DNA of 64,000 bases from positions 159,154,001 through 159,218,000 of the forward strand of contig OZ024741.1 in NCBI GenBank assembly GCA_964016885.1, in the 5' to 3' direction. Shown here one piece after another: positions 1-13,900 of the stretch (positions are counted from its first letter, which is position 1; each line of letters starts with the position of its first letter). The DNA comes from Eledone cirrhosa (lineage: Eukaryota). A program made the translations under genes and the position numbers. The notes beneath the pieces are model-generated. The model was not told the DNA's origin. It was given only the letters and a program-made list of their open reading frames with translations, and did not search any database.

Positions 1-145
1 GTGACAACAATGATGATGATGATGATGATGATATGGATGCCAAAGATGTTGATGAGGATGAAGCAAGTTGTTTTAGCTTTCTAAATTACTGATGATGTTG
101 ATAGCTGTATCTAGTCAGATATTGTTACTATGGCAACTAACTGCT

Positions 146-146
<1 letters not shown>

Positions 147-200
<54 letters not shown>
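147..200. repeat. (GA)n microsatellite
   Basis: Pure GA dinucleotide run. Confidence 0.95.
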
Positions 201-203
<3 letters not shown>

Positions 204-321
204 GAGGTGAAGAGGAGAAAGAAGAGAGAAGGAAGAGGAACTTTAATCAAGAGGGAAAATAGTACATAACTACTACCACTGCTACTACCACTACTAATAC
301 TACTGTGGAAATGAAATGTGA

Positions 322-528
322 AGCTCACACCTATGTAGGTTTAGCTGGCCACCTATGAGGTTGTAGCTCATAAGAGGTTTCTTGGGAGTTTTAATGATAG
401 GGGCTACAGTCCTATCATGTTGTTGTTACAGCTCGCACCTATGTAGGTTTAGCTGGCATCCTGTGAGATTGCATGTCATAGGGGCATTCTTTGGTGCTTT
501 AATGATAGAGGCCCCCAGTTCTATCATG
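322..528. repeat. Diverged 108-bp tandem duplication
   Basis: agctc(a/g)cacctatgtaggtttagctggc ... ttaatgatag ... ctatcatg occurs at 322 and again at 430. Confidence 0.8.
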
Positions 529-535
529 AAAAGTA

Positions 536-638
536 ATAAGAAATGAAGCATCTTACTCAAGAATGCAGAAAGCCACCTGATGCAGGTGTTGAACACACAA
601 CTTTATAACTGTGAATTCAACACTAACTACTAGGCCAC
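536..638 (-). mobile_element. Degenerate tRNA-derived CORE-type SINE head
   Basis: Minus strand reads tgtggcctagtagttagtg ... gttcaac ... ttgagtaagatgcttcatttc, matching the head and core of the element at 25839. Confidence 0.6.
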
Positions 639-1754
639 AACTACTACTAATGATTTCTAGTTTAGTCGCTACAAACTGGGGGGGGGGGGGTAAATCAACA
701 CAAATACTTCATTGTTACTTTATTTTATCAACACCAGAAGAATGAAAGACAAAACTGACATTGGTGAGAACTGAACTCAGAATATGAAGTGATATAACTA
801 TATACTACAAGGTATTTTGTATATCACCCTACCAATTCTGTCATCCATAATAATAATAATGATAATAATTTCTACCTTTAGCCTAAGAGTCCATTGCCAA
901 CCAATTCATTCTTGTTGAACTCCAGAGTTTCCCCAAGAACATTGTCATTCTTCCACACCACTAGTCTTCTATAGATTGCTAACATGAAAGATCCATGGAC
1001 CACATTGCTTGACTGTTAAAAAGCTGTGAGCACCTGATAACATTCCAAATAAAGAACTATAGTTCCATCTAAGAGACAAGCTACACAAAATATGTGACCA
1101 CACCCACTCACCATCTAGGAATCTTTGTAGATGCTGCATCCTCAGCGTATGCTTAGCTGCACATGGACAACCATAGCATACTTAGCCCAAGTGCAGTGCA
1201 TGTTAACAGCAGATAGGCTCATTAAACAGCTTTCATTTCCTCATGTTTTAGAGTATGATCTTTACCTCTTACAATGTGTCATTAGTATGTTGGATAGAAT
1301 GTTTTGCAGTATTTGTTCCAGCTCTGTGCTCTGGGTTCAAAACCCACAAAGATCAACATTGCTTTTCATCCTTTCAAGGCTGATAAAATAGTACCAGTCC
1401 AATACTGGGGTCAATTCTTTCTTTATATCTGTTTTCCACTACTTCACTATTTCTTTCTCTGGAAGAAATTGGCTCTGTTCAGACCTGAAAAAGGGATGGG
1501 CTCCACCAGGTTTAGAAAATGCTCAAGACACATTGTATGTCTCTATGGTGTCCTTACAAGTCTATCAGGAGTTATGGGTCCATACATAAATAAACTGAAG
1601 AAATAGTGGTGGGCCAATCTTGCCACTAACACATCAGTCACAATGCCTTTTCTATTTTACTGACTCTCATCCTCTCTAATCTATTTCTTCTCTCTACTGA
1701 TAGTTCTTTGTTGTAACCTACTGATTCTACATTAACTCTTTTAATACTGCACTG

Positions 1755-2348
1755 TTTCTACTACACACCATTACACTACAGCCTACACACCATTACACTA
1801 CTACATCCTACACAACATTACACCACTACAGCCTACACAACATTACACTACAGCCTACACACCATTACACCACTACAGCCTACACAAGATCACACCACTA
1901 CAGCCTACACACCATTACACCACTACAGCCTACACACCATTACACCACTACAGCCTACACACCATTACACTACAGCCTACACACCATTACACTACAGCCT
2001 ACACGCCATTACACCACTACAACCTACACACCATTACACCACTACAACCTACACACCATTCCACCACTACAGCCTACACAACATTATACCACTAGTCTAC
2101 ACATTACACTACAGCCTACATGACATTACACCACTACAACCTACACACCATTACACCACTACAGCCTACACACCATTACACTACTACAGTTTACACAACA
2201 TTACACTACAACCTACATACCATTACACCACTACAACCTACATACCATTACACCACTACAGCCTACACACCATTACACCATCACACCACTACAGCCTTCA
2301 CACCATTACACCATCACAGCCTATGCACCACTACATCACTACAGCCTA
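1755..2348. repeat. ~22-25-bp minisatellite (cacaccattacaccactacagccta)
   Basis: Directly visible tandem units. Confidence 0.9.
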
Positions 2349-3366
2349 AACTGTTGCTGTTGTAGACTAGACTAAGAAAGTGATCAATAAAACATTCATT
2401 CAAACCTAGAATAGCAGGCAATGCTGCAAATGCAAGAAGACTGCAGAAATGTCTTGGAGAAAATAGTAAATATCATAGAATTGGAAGAAAAATTCTTCTA
2501 TTCTCTCTCTTTTCTCTCCAATATTTACTTGTTTAGTCTTATTTATTTATTTTTTGTGTTGTGTTATTTATTTTTATTAGCAATAGCGACAAAGGAAATC
2601 GTTGCCCTGTCAAAACCAATTATCTTAAGAACAAGTCAACACTGTTACCTTGGTTCTTTGGTAAAGAGCCTGTCTTAAGTACCAGTCAGCACTATAACCT
2701 TAATCTTTAGTAAAGAGTATTCTTTAAGAATCAACCAACACTGTCACCTTTGTCTTTGACAAAGTTTATGTCTTAAGAACCAGCATTTCAGAGTTGAGAG
2801 TCAATCAGCAGTGTTTGATCCGATTTGGAAGAACTCAATGGTAAATATTGATTTTGGTAGTCTCCTACAATGTGGAAATGATGACAAATGTATGTGTGTG
2901 TATGTTATCATTGTCATAACGTTTTGTTTGTTTTTCCATACTGGCATGGGCTGGACAAGAAGTAGTAATCTATGGTTAGATGTCCTTCCTAATGCTAAGC
3001 ACTATATATTTTCAGGTATGATACTTATTTCATTGATCTTTATCATTCAAACTGCAAAACTGTAGGACATTGTTTAAATGAGACATGAATAGCACCAGTT
3101 GTCTCAAGAGCCTCAGTGTGATGACAGACACAAACACACACACATATATATATATTACAGGCTTCTATGCAGTTTCTGTCAACCAAATACAATCACAAGA
3201 CATTGGTCAGCCCAAGTCTATAGTAGAAAACATTTGCTCAAGATGCCAGACAGTGGAATCAAGCCTAAAAACCATGTGGTTCTGAAGAGAATTTCTTAAG
3301 CACATAGCTATGCTGAAAAGCTTATGTGTGTTTCTGTATATATATGCATACACATACATGCATCAA

Positions 3367-3399
<33 letters not shown>

Positions 3400-4440
3400 T
3401 TGTTTGTTGGACCTCTGTCAGCTCCAATGACGTATGATCAACGGAACAGCTTGCTAATTAAATTAACATGCAAGTAGCTCAACATTCTGCAGGCACAGGT
3501 ACCTTTAATGCAATTCTTAGGCAGATTCAGCATGACACAGTGTGTGACAAGGCTGACCCTTTGATTTACAGGTACAACTTCTTTTTGCTAGCTGAAAGGA
3601 GGTATGTGGTTAGGGTGCTCGGCTCACGATTGTAAAGTCATCACTTTGATTCCTAGCGATGCATCTATCCTTCAGCAAGACACTTTATTTCACATTTCTC
3701 TATACATGCATACTACACAGCTATACTACACACTACATACGACACACTACACAGCTACAGACTACACAGCTACACACTATAAATCTTTCATGTGTAGCTG
3801 CTTCACCATAATGCAGTTAATAACAACCACAGCCATTACTTACAATCAAGTATGGCTTGGTAGTATGTACCATAATTTCACGAAAGTGTCCATGCAATCA
3901 TGAACAAATACAGACATCCTCTTTAACCTCCCTCCTTTGATCCAGCAGAACATCCATGGTGTGACAGATGGGTGGAGAGAGGGTTACACTAGCACTGGGC
4001 TGTTACTTTCTTTATTGACAAATCCGTATGAACAAGACATGGTATCCTGACCTGAACTGTCTCATAAGGTGACAATCTGCCTAACCTATGCAAGGAAAAT
4101 GGACATTAAACAATGTAGCATGGGCTGGAGGAGACCTTTTAAGGCTGTATTCTACAGTGAAATGTCCTTCCTGACAGCTGAATGAAGGCAAGTCACTTTT
4201 CTTTACGTAAAACAGAAATAAATGTCACCCTCTGTGCTACTGATGTCAAACGTGAAGCAAATACAAATGAATGTACACAGACACACACATACACAAATAT
4301 AAAGTCAGAAAAAATAGTGGAAAGCATTCTATCCAATGATCTAATGACTTTGCTAATTATTCTCCTTGCAATAAGATGAGACATCATGATATTGGGCTTC
4401 ACTGATAAGAGATAATACAAGATGATCCCCCAATGGGTGA

Positions 4441-4483
4441 TTACTTCAGACATGACCAACCCATACCAGCTAGACAAAAATAT
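4441..4483 (-). CDS. Candidate terminal coding exon of an unknown host gene (YFCLAGMGWSCLK-stop)
   Basis: Strong acceptor ttttttgtttgttttag on the minus strand; unique sequence; phase fits the candidate exon at 5754-5810; no homology recognised. Confidence 0.25.
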
Positions 4484-4942
4484 CTAAAACAAACAAAAAA
4501 TAAGCTGTGTGCATTCAGTTTAGAATAAGTACATTGTATTCCTGTATAACAAGAGATGACCAAAAGGGTTGGTGCCAGGAAGAGCATCCAGCTCTAAAAC
4601 ATTTCCCCTCAAAATGACCCCATGATGAGGATGAAGCTCTATAAGGCTAACCTCTAATTTGACAGGGAAAATGGCCTTAAAATATTTCTGTATACAATAA
4701 GCAACAACAATGTTGACAATCGTTTATTCTGCTTTCTGTATTTTAACAAACACCTACTCGAGTGAATTTTTCCACAGGCTACAACTATAATTATTTCTCT
4801 ACTTGATTGATATACAGCATTAAAAAGAAAGAGATTTCTCTACTTAGAGAAGAATGGATACTCAATAACTTGTGTAGATTATGTACAATTCTTCATCATT
4901 AATTTTTTTAAAATAATTTTTAGTGAAGTGAAACGTAATTAA

Positions 4943-5193
4943 CCCTTTTGATACTCAACCCCCTAAAACTGTCCCTTTGGTTCTATGATACAAAATTACC
5001 TATTTTAAAGTGTCCATATTTATAATAAATCATTCCTTCATTATAGTTTTATATAAGAACCTTTCTTTTAGTTATGTTTTAAATAATAAAATAAAAAGTT
5101 ATTTTATGAAATTTCTCTAAATTCCTGGTTATTTTCAGAATTAATTGAAACACACATGCAATGTATTTCATTAGAAATATTGTAATAAACGGG
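4943..5193. mobile_element. piggyBac-like MITE (family A)
   Basis: TTAA-CCCTTTTG ... AAACGGG-TTAA ends; degraded relatives near 27560, 44211, 49345, 56330. Confidence 0.65.
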
Positions 5194-5753
5194 TTAAGTT
5201 AATCTACAAATCTAAAGTCATTGAGAGCCAGAGAACAACAAAGCATTCCAACACACCATGAACACCAAAAACACACCACACAACACCAACACAACTACCA
5301 CACCACCACCACAACAACAACACACTGCACCAACATCACAACACACCACACCAAACCAACAACACACCACACCAAGCCAACAACACACTGCACCAAATCA
5401 ACAACACACAGCAGTAACAACATCACAAGACAGTACCAATGCTGTCTCTTTAACATTAAACAATTATATTTGAGTATTCAACAAAATTAAACAATGATGT
5501 CATTAATTTAGAAACCATTTTTTTTTTTAATTTAAAATATTTTTCTGACATTAAAATATAAAAAAAAATTGTTTAAAAAAATGAAAATAAAAATAAATTT
5601 TAAAAATGAGAATTTCAGAAGAAAATTAGATTAAATGACATGAAAATGTTCTTAAAAGGTTATGTGTGAAAAATATCATTTTCTATGTTGAAAAGCTATT
5701 GAAGTTAAAGGTTAGGATTTAGAGAAATTCTTCACTGGCACCAACAATCTTAC

Positions 5754-5810
5754 TTGGTTAGAGGGTCACTTTCAGCTTGGAGTTTCCCTTTTATCATTTT
5801 CTTCATAGAA
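5754..5810 (-). CDS. Candidate 57-nt phase 2-2 internal exon (SMKKMIKGKLQAESDPLT)
   Basis: Bounded by catag and gtaaga on the minus strand; open frame; length divisible by 3; weak polypyrimidine tract. Confidence 0.25.
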
Positions 5811-6023
5811 CTATGTGTCAAAACAAATCAATCTATGTACAGTCATATTTTAAACTTGTAATCACAACAGAGTCACATCTTACACTTATAGTCACAAAAC
5901 TGTCCCCTCTAATATTTATAGTCACAATAAAGTCACATTGATTCTGTATTTTTTTAATAAGTTATCAAAATAGTAGTGGTGGTGGTATTAGTAGTAGTAG
6001 AGGGTGTGATGGTTGTGGTTGTG

Positions 6024-6078
<55 letters not shown>

Positions 6079-8144
6079 GAAACATGTAAATGTAAATAAC
6101 ATAAATATACAGAATATAATTTTTTTTTTAAACTTAATCATGAAGATGAAAGACAAAATTATATCAGCCATGTTTGATATTTTTCTATTTTACAATGATG
6201 AGTTTTTTTTTTGTTAACAAGGAAATGTTGATTTATATTTTGTATATGAATACATAAAAACTAATAGCAAATGAAATTTAAAATAGAAATGACAAAATAA
6301 GTGCAGGCATAGCTGTGTGGTTAAGGAGTTTGCTCCACAACTCTGGTTTCAAGTTAAGCCCCAAAGCATCGTATTTGGATACTAGGCAAGTGTTTTCTAT
6401 TATAGACTTGAGTCATGAGTGAAATTTGATAGACAGAAATTGTGTACAAGTTCCAGCAAGGATGAAACTAATGATACTTTGTGTTATTGCATCTCAGTGT
6501 TCATCTTGTTTCATATATAAGCATAGTGGCGCTATTAAGTTAGACGTGGTCTAGGCTAATACTGCCTGAAACCTATGAAAATTATATATTTCATTAGATT
6601 GCCATTGCTTCCGATGACAAGCACTCCATTTGTTTGAAGAGGGACTTCAATAATAAAGAACCATATGGATTCGAGTTCAATTCCATGGTGGTATGGGCCA
6701 GACAAGTTGTTACAATCTGAAACAGTTCTTGTTCAGAGTTACTGCCCTTGTAGATGAGTCAGATGTGGTTTGGTTTGTATGCCTGAAACTGCTTCATAAC
6801 ACAAACCACTTTACAGAATATACTGGTTGCATTTTATTATGGCATCAACACTAAATGGGTTGTCGTGTTACTAAGCTAGAGTCCTCTCCATAATTTACAT
6901 TAAATTTCAATGAGTATTGTCAGACAAAACAACTAAACTACCATATTCAGTTAAGCACAGAAAGTCCAGTACCACATAAAATCACATTTGCAAAAAAACT
7001 TTTTAAAATACAAAACAATACTGTCACTGTAACATGTTAAAAACTAGAGTCTATAATAATCTCATAACTGTCCATTTTTACAACGAACTGTCCACTAATA
7101 TAGTTAATATAATTATTTGAATTAACAAATCACATTAAACCACATTATCAAGATATTCTTGAAAAGTACAATACAGCATTATGACTGTATCACATTAAAA
7201 ATTAAAGACCTTAATCTCATAACGGTAAATTTTCACGAAAGATCTGTCCCCTAATAAAGATACTATAAACATTTTAATTAAAAGACATATTTTCTATTAA
7301 ATTATTACTGAGTGTTAAGAGTTTATATGGAGTTTAAAGATGGTAAGGTACAGTAAAGATGTTGAAAGGAGTTAGAGATGGATCTGTCATGTAGACCTTG
7401 GATGAGGAGTGTGCAGCCTTTTGGTTGTGATATGCAAGAAAACCAATCATTCTGCCAAAACACAGAACAATAGGAGAGTGGGCTGCAATGAATGTGAAAT
7501 AAACTCAATAAAGCATGTTAGTCAGTAGAGTAATGTTTTACATTTGGTCAATTTTTATTCCTCATTTCACAAAATGTGTTACTGTTCTTTGGCTGTTTAT
7601 ATATATATATATATATATATATAAACAGCCAAAGAACAGTAATGTGTGTGTGCATGTATGTATACATGTATGCATATATATGTATGAGTGGATCAGAATC
7701 AATTTATGCAGATAACTTTGCATATCATAATCATGGCCACCACCATTACCATATCATCCAACCCCCAACACTATCTATTCTATGTATTGCATGGTGCTGC
7801 ATTAGTTACGCAGTTACTTGTTTGCATGCTATATATCATCATCAATAGCGTTCTCATCATCATCATCATCAAGAGCAACACTACCATAAAGAATACCACC
7901 AACACTGTCATCATCATCAAGAAAAGAATACCACCCCCATCATCACCATCAAGAACACCACCACCATCATCACCACCAAGAACACAACCACTACCACCAT
8001 CATCAAGAATACCACCGCCACCACCACCACCATCATCATGAAGAATATCATCCCATTTATTGTCATCAAAAAGGGAGCTAATAGAAAGTTAGTGAGTTTT
8101 GCACTGTTATATATATATGTATGTGTTTGTGAGAGATGAGTGTG

Positions 8145-9660
8145 TGTGCATGAGAGAAGAGTAGTAGATGTATGCTGTGTACAAAAGGTGAGAGGGAGGG
8201 GTGCCTTAGTGAGACTAATTACAGGCAAACAACAGAGATATAAACTCTACTGGGTAGGAAATGACGATGGGGTAGGTGGTGTAGACATTTTACTAGCTGA
8301 GAAATGGATAGGTAAGGTAGTTAGAGTGACATAATCATCAAGCTTAGAATAGTTGTAGGAAATAGAATGGTGACAATTGCATCTACCTATGCTCCATAAG
8401 AAGGAGTAAGTAAAGACCAAAAGGACAGGTCTTATGAAGAACTTTTACAGATAACTTCATGTCCTAATGAAAGAGACCTCATCATCCTGATAGATGACTT
8501 CAACAGACATGTGGGGCAGAACCAAGACAGATTCTGTGGAGTTCACGGCAGCTATGGTTATGACTCAAGAAATGAAGAGGGATTGAGGCTCCTAGAATTC
8601 TGTGATGTGAATGAACTAACCATTTACAACACAAATTTCAGGAGACCAGCCAGCCACCTGACTTCATATCAATCAGGTGAACACACAAGCCAAATTGATT
8701 ACTTACTTGTAAGACAAGATAAACGGGCAGTAATAAACACTAAGGCTCTCCTGGGGAAGAATGTGCTGCCCAACACAATTTAGTTATTAGTGACAAATAA
8801 GCACAAGACAGAAGAAGATATGCAGGAAAATATGGAAACAGAGGGTTTGGAAGCTAAAAGACCTTTCAGTTAAATATAGGTTTAGAAAGGTTCTACAGGA
8901 TGCAGTGGGTGATGATCTAAGTACATATAATGTAGAGGACAACTGGAAATCCCTACATGACAACCTTTTGCAAATTACTGCTGAGACTTGTGGCTGGAGT
9001 AAAGCCAGCCAGAGTGTGATGTGATGGTGTAACAGCCATTAAAGCCAAGAGACAGGCATGAAATGGGCGTAGCAGAAACCAGGTAGCTAAGAGAGAAGCT
9101 ATATAATAGGTATACACAGCTCAGAGTGGGGCTGAAAAAAGAAAGTTTGCCAATGTCTTGAAATGTGAAGACCAGAGGCGTAAAGTGTTTTGCATTGCAA
9201 GGCAATGTGTTAGTGTAAATTGATATGTTGTTGGGGAAAAATGTGTTAGAAATGACGCTGGTGTCCTTAACACCACTGATGCCCAAAAGAAAGAGACCTG
9301 GAAATGTTACTATGAGAGATTGATAAATGTAGACAATGAATGGGGGGAAGAGAAACTACACTAGCTTACCCAACAAAAGGACCAGCTATTGAAGTTGGCA
9401 GTTATAGGGTCAAAGAAGCAATCAAAGAGATGAAGGATGGTAAAGTTGTGAGTCCATCAGAGATAGTTGCGAGACCATCAGAGATAGTTGCTGAGATGCT
9501 AAAAGCATTGGGAGACGTAGGAGTCAAACTAGTAACCCACATAGTCAATCAGATAGTACAGGATGGTATAATAACCCAATGACTGGTACAACTGTACAAT
9601 CATAAACTGCAACAAAAGCAAAGGTGATGTTCTAGAAAGGAACAATTACAGAGGAATCTT
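8145..9660 (+). pseudogene. Decayed RTE-clade LINE ORF: AP endonuclease, linker and start of RT
   Basis: VDVCCVQ..R, YKLYWVGN..GVGGV.ILLAEKW, RNEEGLRLLEFC, SQIDYLLVR, VKEAIKEMKDGK...PSEIVAEMLKALG, NYRGI motifs; many stops and frameshifts. Confidence 0.9.
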
Positions 9661-9862
9661 TGCGTTGTGTGCATTGCATAAAGTTTCTACCTACTCCTTT
9701 TCTACATATCGAACAGGAATTCTTCCCTAATGGTATTAGGGCCCTATCTTCTTTCCTACTTATTAACAATTTGGTTTTCGCTAAGTTTTATTCACACTAC
9801 TTTTGGTTCTGATTTCTGTTATCTACTGCTGGAACATTATCTCTAGTCCTTCCACTTAATGG

Positions 9863-9961
9863 TTTGTTACTCTGGAAATTCACCTGTGCACTTACAGGGT
9901 CATCAGACAAGACCTGTCTGATGATCCTACAAATGCACAGGTGAAATTACAGAGTAACAAA
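9863..9961. ncRNA. Fold-back of two back-to-back type I hammerhead ribozyme motifs (+ 9915-9959; - about 9865-9909)
   Basis: Plus: tgt CTGATGA t cct..agg t GAAA tt acag ag TA aca (GUA triplet, site 9956). Minus arm has CTGATGA c cctgt..acagg t GAAT, a damaged core. Confidence 0.6.
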
Positions 9962-10219
9962 GCTCACCATTTAGCCATTAAATGAATATTTAAACTCTAC
10001 GTCTGTATTGAGTACTTTTTTTATGTCCATCAATAATACACACATTTATTTTAGAATGACTTTTTGTCCCACAGTTGAGGTTTTACAGTTTTGACCATAT
10101 ATAAGTATATATATCTACACACACACATACACACAGTTATGTGTGTATGTGTGTGAAAAGCAGAGACAAGGAAAGAAAGAAAGAAGTTAGATAAGTGGGA
10201 ATAGGCCAAGAAGAGAAGC

Positions 10220-10258
<39 letters not shown>

Positions 10259-10914
10259 CAAACCAGAGTTAACTTGAATATCAATATCATACATCCTCCT
10301 AGCTATCTCATTCATAAATGCACTCCCCATCGTTCTCGCCCCTTCCGCTCATTTATTAGTTACTATAAGAATGATATGCGAGGATGTAGTGACCAGGAAT
10401 CCAATAGGTACATCTAAATATCCTTCACATACAAATACACATACAGATACAAACATATAACCCATGCTAGCGTGGAAAATGGACGTTAAACGAAGATGAT
10501 GATGATGATACATATTCACACATGTATAGGCAGACATATAAATACACACATAGATATATGCATGCACACAGACACACACATATGCATTGGCCACCTACTC
10601 AATCCATATTTTTCAATGACTGCGTCATTTACACACATATGAACACACACAGATACACACAGACAGACGAACACATATATACATACATGAACAAACAGAC
10701 AAATCCACATACATGTATAAAAACATATATTCACATAGAAACACATACAATGAAGATAGTCAGTATTTCAAGCCATTCCATCCAATCCATATTCTTCCAA
10801 TCTCAAACTTGCCTGTCGATCTCTCTCATCTATGTTTGAGAGAGAGAGAGTGTGAGTGAGTGAGTGAGTGAGTGAGTGAGTGAGTGAGTGAGTGAGTGAG
10901 TGAGTGAGTGAGTG

Positions 10915-13900
10915 AGCCATATGTCTGTCATGGAGCTATACAACAACAACTAAACCCCAGCCATACCTCAGTCATGGAGCTATACAACAACAACAACTAA
11001 ACCCCAGCCATACCTCAGTCATGGAGCTATACAACAACAACAACAACTAAACCCCAGCCATACCTCAGTCATGGAGCTATACAACAACAACAACAACTAA
11101 ACCAGAGCCATACCTCCGTCATGGAGCTATACAACAACAACAACAACTAAACCACAGCCATACGTCTGTCATGGAGCTATACAACAACAACAACAACTAA
11201 ACCACAGCCATACCTCCGTCATGGAGCTATACAACAACAACAACAACTAAACCACAGCCATACCTCCGTCATGGAGCTATATAACAACAACAACAACAAC
11301 AGCAACTAAACCACAGCCATACCTCCGTCATGGAGCTATACAACAACAACAACAAAAACAGCAACTAAACCACAGCCATACCTCCGTCATGGAGCTATAC
11401 AACAACAACAACAACTAAACCACAGCCATACCTCCGTCATGGAGCTATACAACAACAACAACTAAACCACAGCCATACCTCTGTCATGGAGCTATACAAC
11501 AACAACAACTAAACCACAGCCATACCTCCGTCATGGAGCTATACAACAACAAAAACAACAAAAACAGCAACTAAACCACAGCCATACCTCCGTCATGGAG
11601 CTATACAACAACAACTAAACCACAGCCATACCTCTGTCATAGAGCTATACAACAACAACAACAACTAAACCCCAGCCATACCTCTGTCATGGAGCTATAC
11701 AACAACAACAACTATAAACCACAGCCATACGTCTGTCATGGAGCTATACAACAACAACAACAACTAAACCACAGCCACACCTCCGTCATGGAGCTATACA
11801 ACAACAACAACAACTAAACCACAGCCATACCTCCGTCATGGAGCTATACAACAACAACAACAACTAAACCACAGCCATACCTCCGTCATGGAGCTATACA
11901 ACAACAACAACTAAACCACAGCCATACCTCCGTCATGGAGCTATACAACAACAACAACAACTAAACCCCAGCCATACCTCCGTCATGGAGCTATACAACA
12001 ACAACAACTAAACCACAGCCATACCTCCGTCATGGAGCTATATAACAACAACAACAACAACAACAGCAACTAAACCACAGCCATACCTCCGTCATGGAGC
12101 TATACAACAACAACAACAACAAAAACAGCAACTAAACCACAGCCATACCTCCGTCATGGAGCTATACAACAACAACAACTAAACCACAGCCATACCTCTG
12201 TCATGGAGCTATACAACAACAACAACTAAACCACAGCCATACCTCCGTCATGGAGCTATACAACAACAAAAACAACAAAAACAGCAACTAAACCACAGCC
12301 ATACCTCCGTCATGGAGCTATACAACAACAACTAAACCACAGCCATACCTCTGTCATAGAGCTATACAACAACAACAACAACTAAACCCCAGCCATACCT
12401 CTGTCATGGAGCTATACAACAACAACAACTATAAACCACAGCCATACGTCTGTCATGGAGCTATACAACAACAACTAAACCACAGCCATACCTCCGTCAT
12501 GGAGCTATACAACAACAACAACAACTAAACCACAGCCATACCTCCGTCATGGAGCTATACAACAACAACAACTAAACCACAGCCATACCTCTGTCATGGA
12601 GCTATACAACAACAACAACAACTAAACCCCAGCCATACCTCCGTCATGGAGCTATACAACAACAACAACAACTAAACCACAGCCATACCTCCGTCATGGA
12701 GCTATACAACAACAACAACTAAACCACAGCCATACCTCCGTCATGGAGCTATACAACAACAACAACTAAACCAGAGCCATACCTCTGTCATAGAGCTATA
12801 CAACAACAACAACAACAACTAAACCCCAGCGATACCTCTGTCATGGAGCTATACAACAACAACAACAACAACTATAAACCACAGCCATACCTCCGTCATG
12901 GAGCTATACAACAACAACAACAACAACTAAACCACAGCCATACCTCCGCCATGGAGCTATACAACAACAACAACAACAACTAAACCACAGCCATACCTCC
13001 GTCATGGAGCTATACAACAACAACAACAACAACAACTAAACCACAGCCATACCTCCGTCATGGAGCTATACAACAACAACAACAACAACAATAAACCACA
13101 GCCATACCTCCGTCATGGAGCTATACAACAACAACAACAACTAAACCACAGCCATACCTCCGTCATGGAGCTATACAACAACAACAACAACAACAACTAA
13201 ACCACAGCCATACCTCCGTCATGGAGCTATACAACAACAACAACAACAACTAAACCACAGCCATACCTCCGTCATGGAGCTATACAACAACAACAACAAC
13301 AACTAAACCACAGCCATACCTCCGTCATGGAGCTATACAACAACAACAACAACAACAACTAAACCACAGCCATACCTCCGTCATGGAGCTATACAACAAC
13401 AACAACAACAACAATAAACCACAGCCATACCTCCGTCATGGAGCTATACAACAACAACAACAACAACTAAACCACAGCCATACCTCCGTCATGGAGCTAT
13501 ACAACAACAACAACAACAACAACTAAACCACAGCCATACCTCCGTCATGGAGCTATACAACAACAACAACAACAACAACTAAACCACAGCCATACCTCCG
13601 TCATGGAGCTATACAACAACAACAACAACAACAACTAAACCACAGCCATACCTCCGTCATGGAGCTATACAACAACAACAAAAACAGCAACTAAACCACA
13701 GCCATACCTCCGTCATGGAGCTATACAACAACAACAACAACAACTAAACCACTGCCATACCTCCGTCATGGAGCTATACAACAACAACAACAACTAAACC
13801 ACAGCCATACCTCCGTCATGGAGCTATACAACAACAACAACAACAACAACTAAACCACAGCCATACCTCCGTCATGGAGCTATACAACAACAAAAACAAC

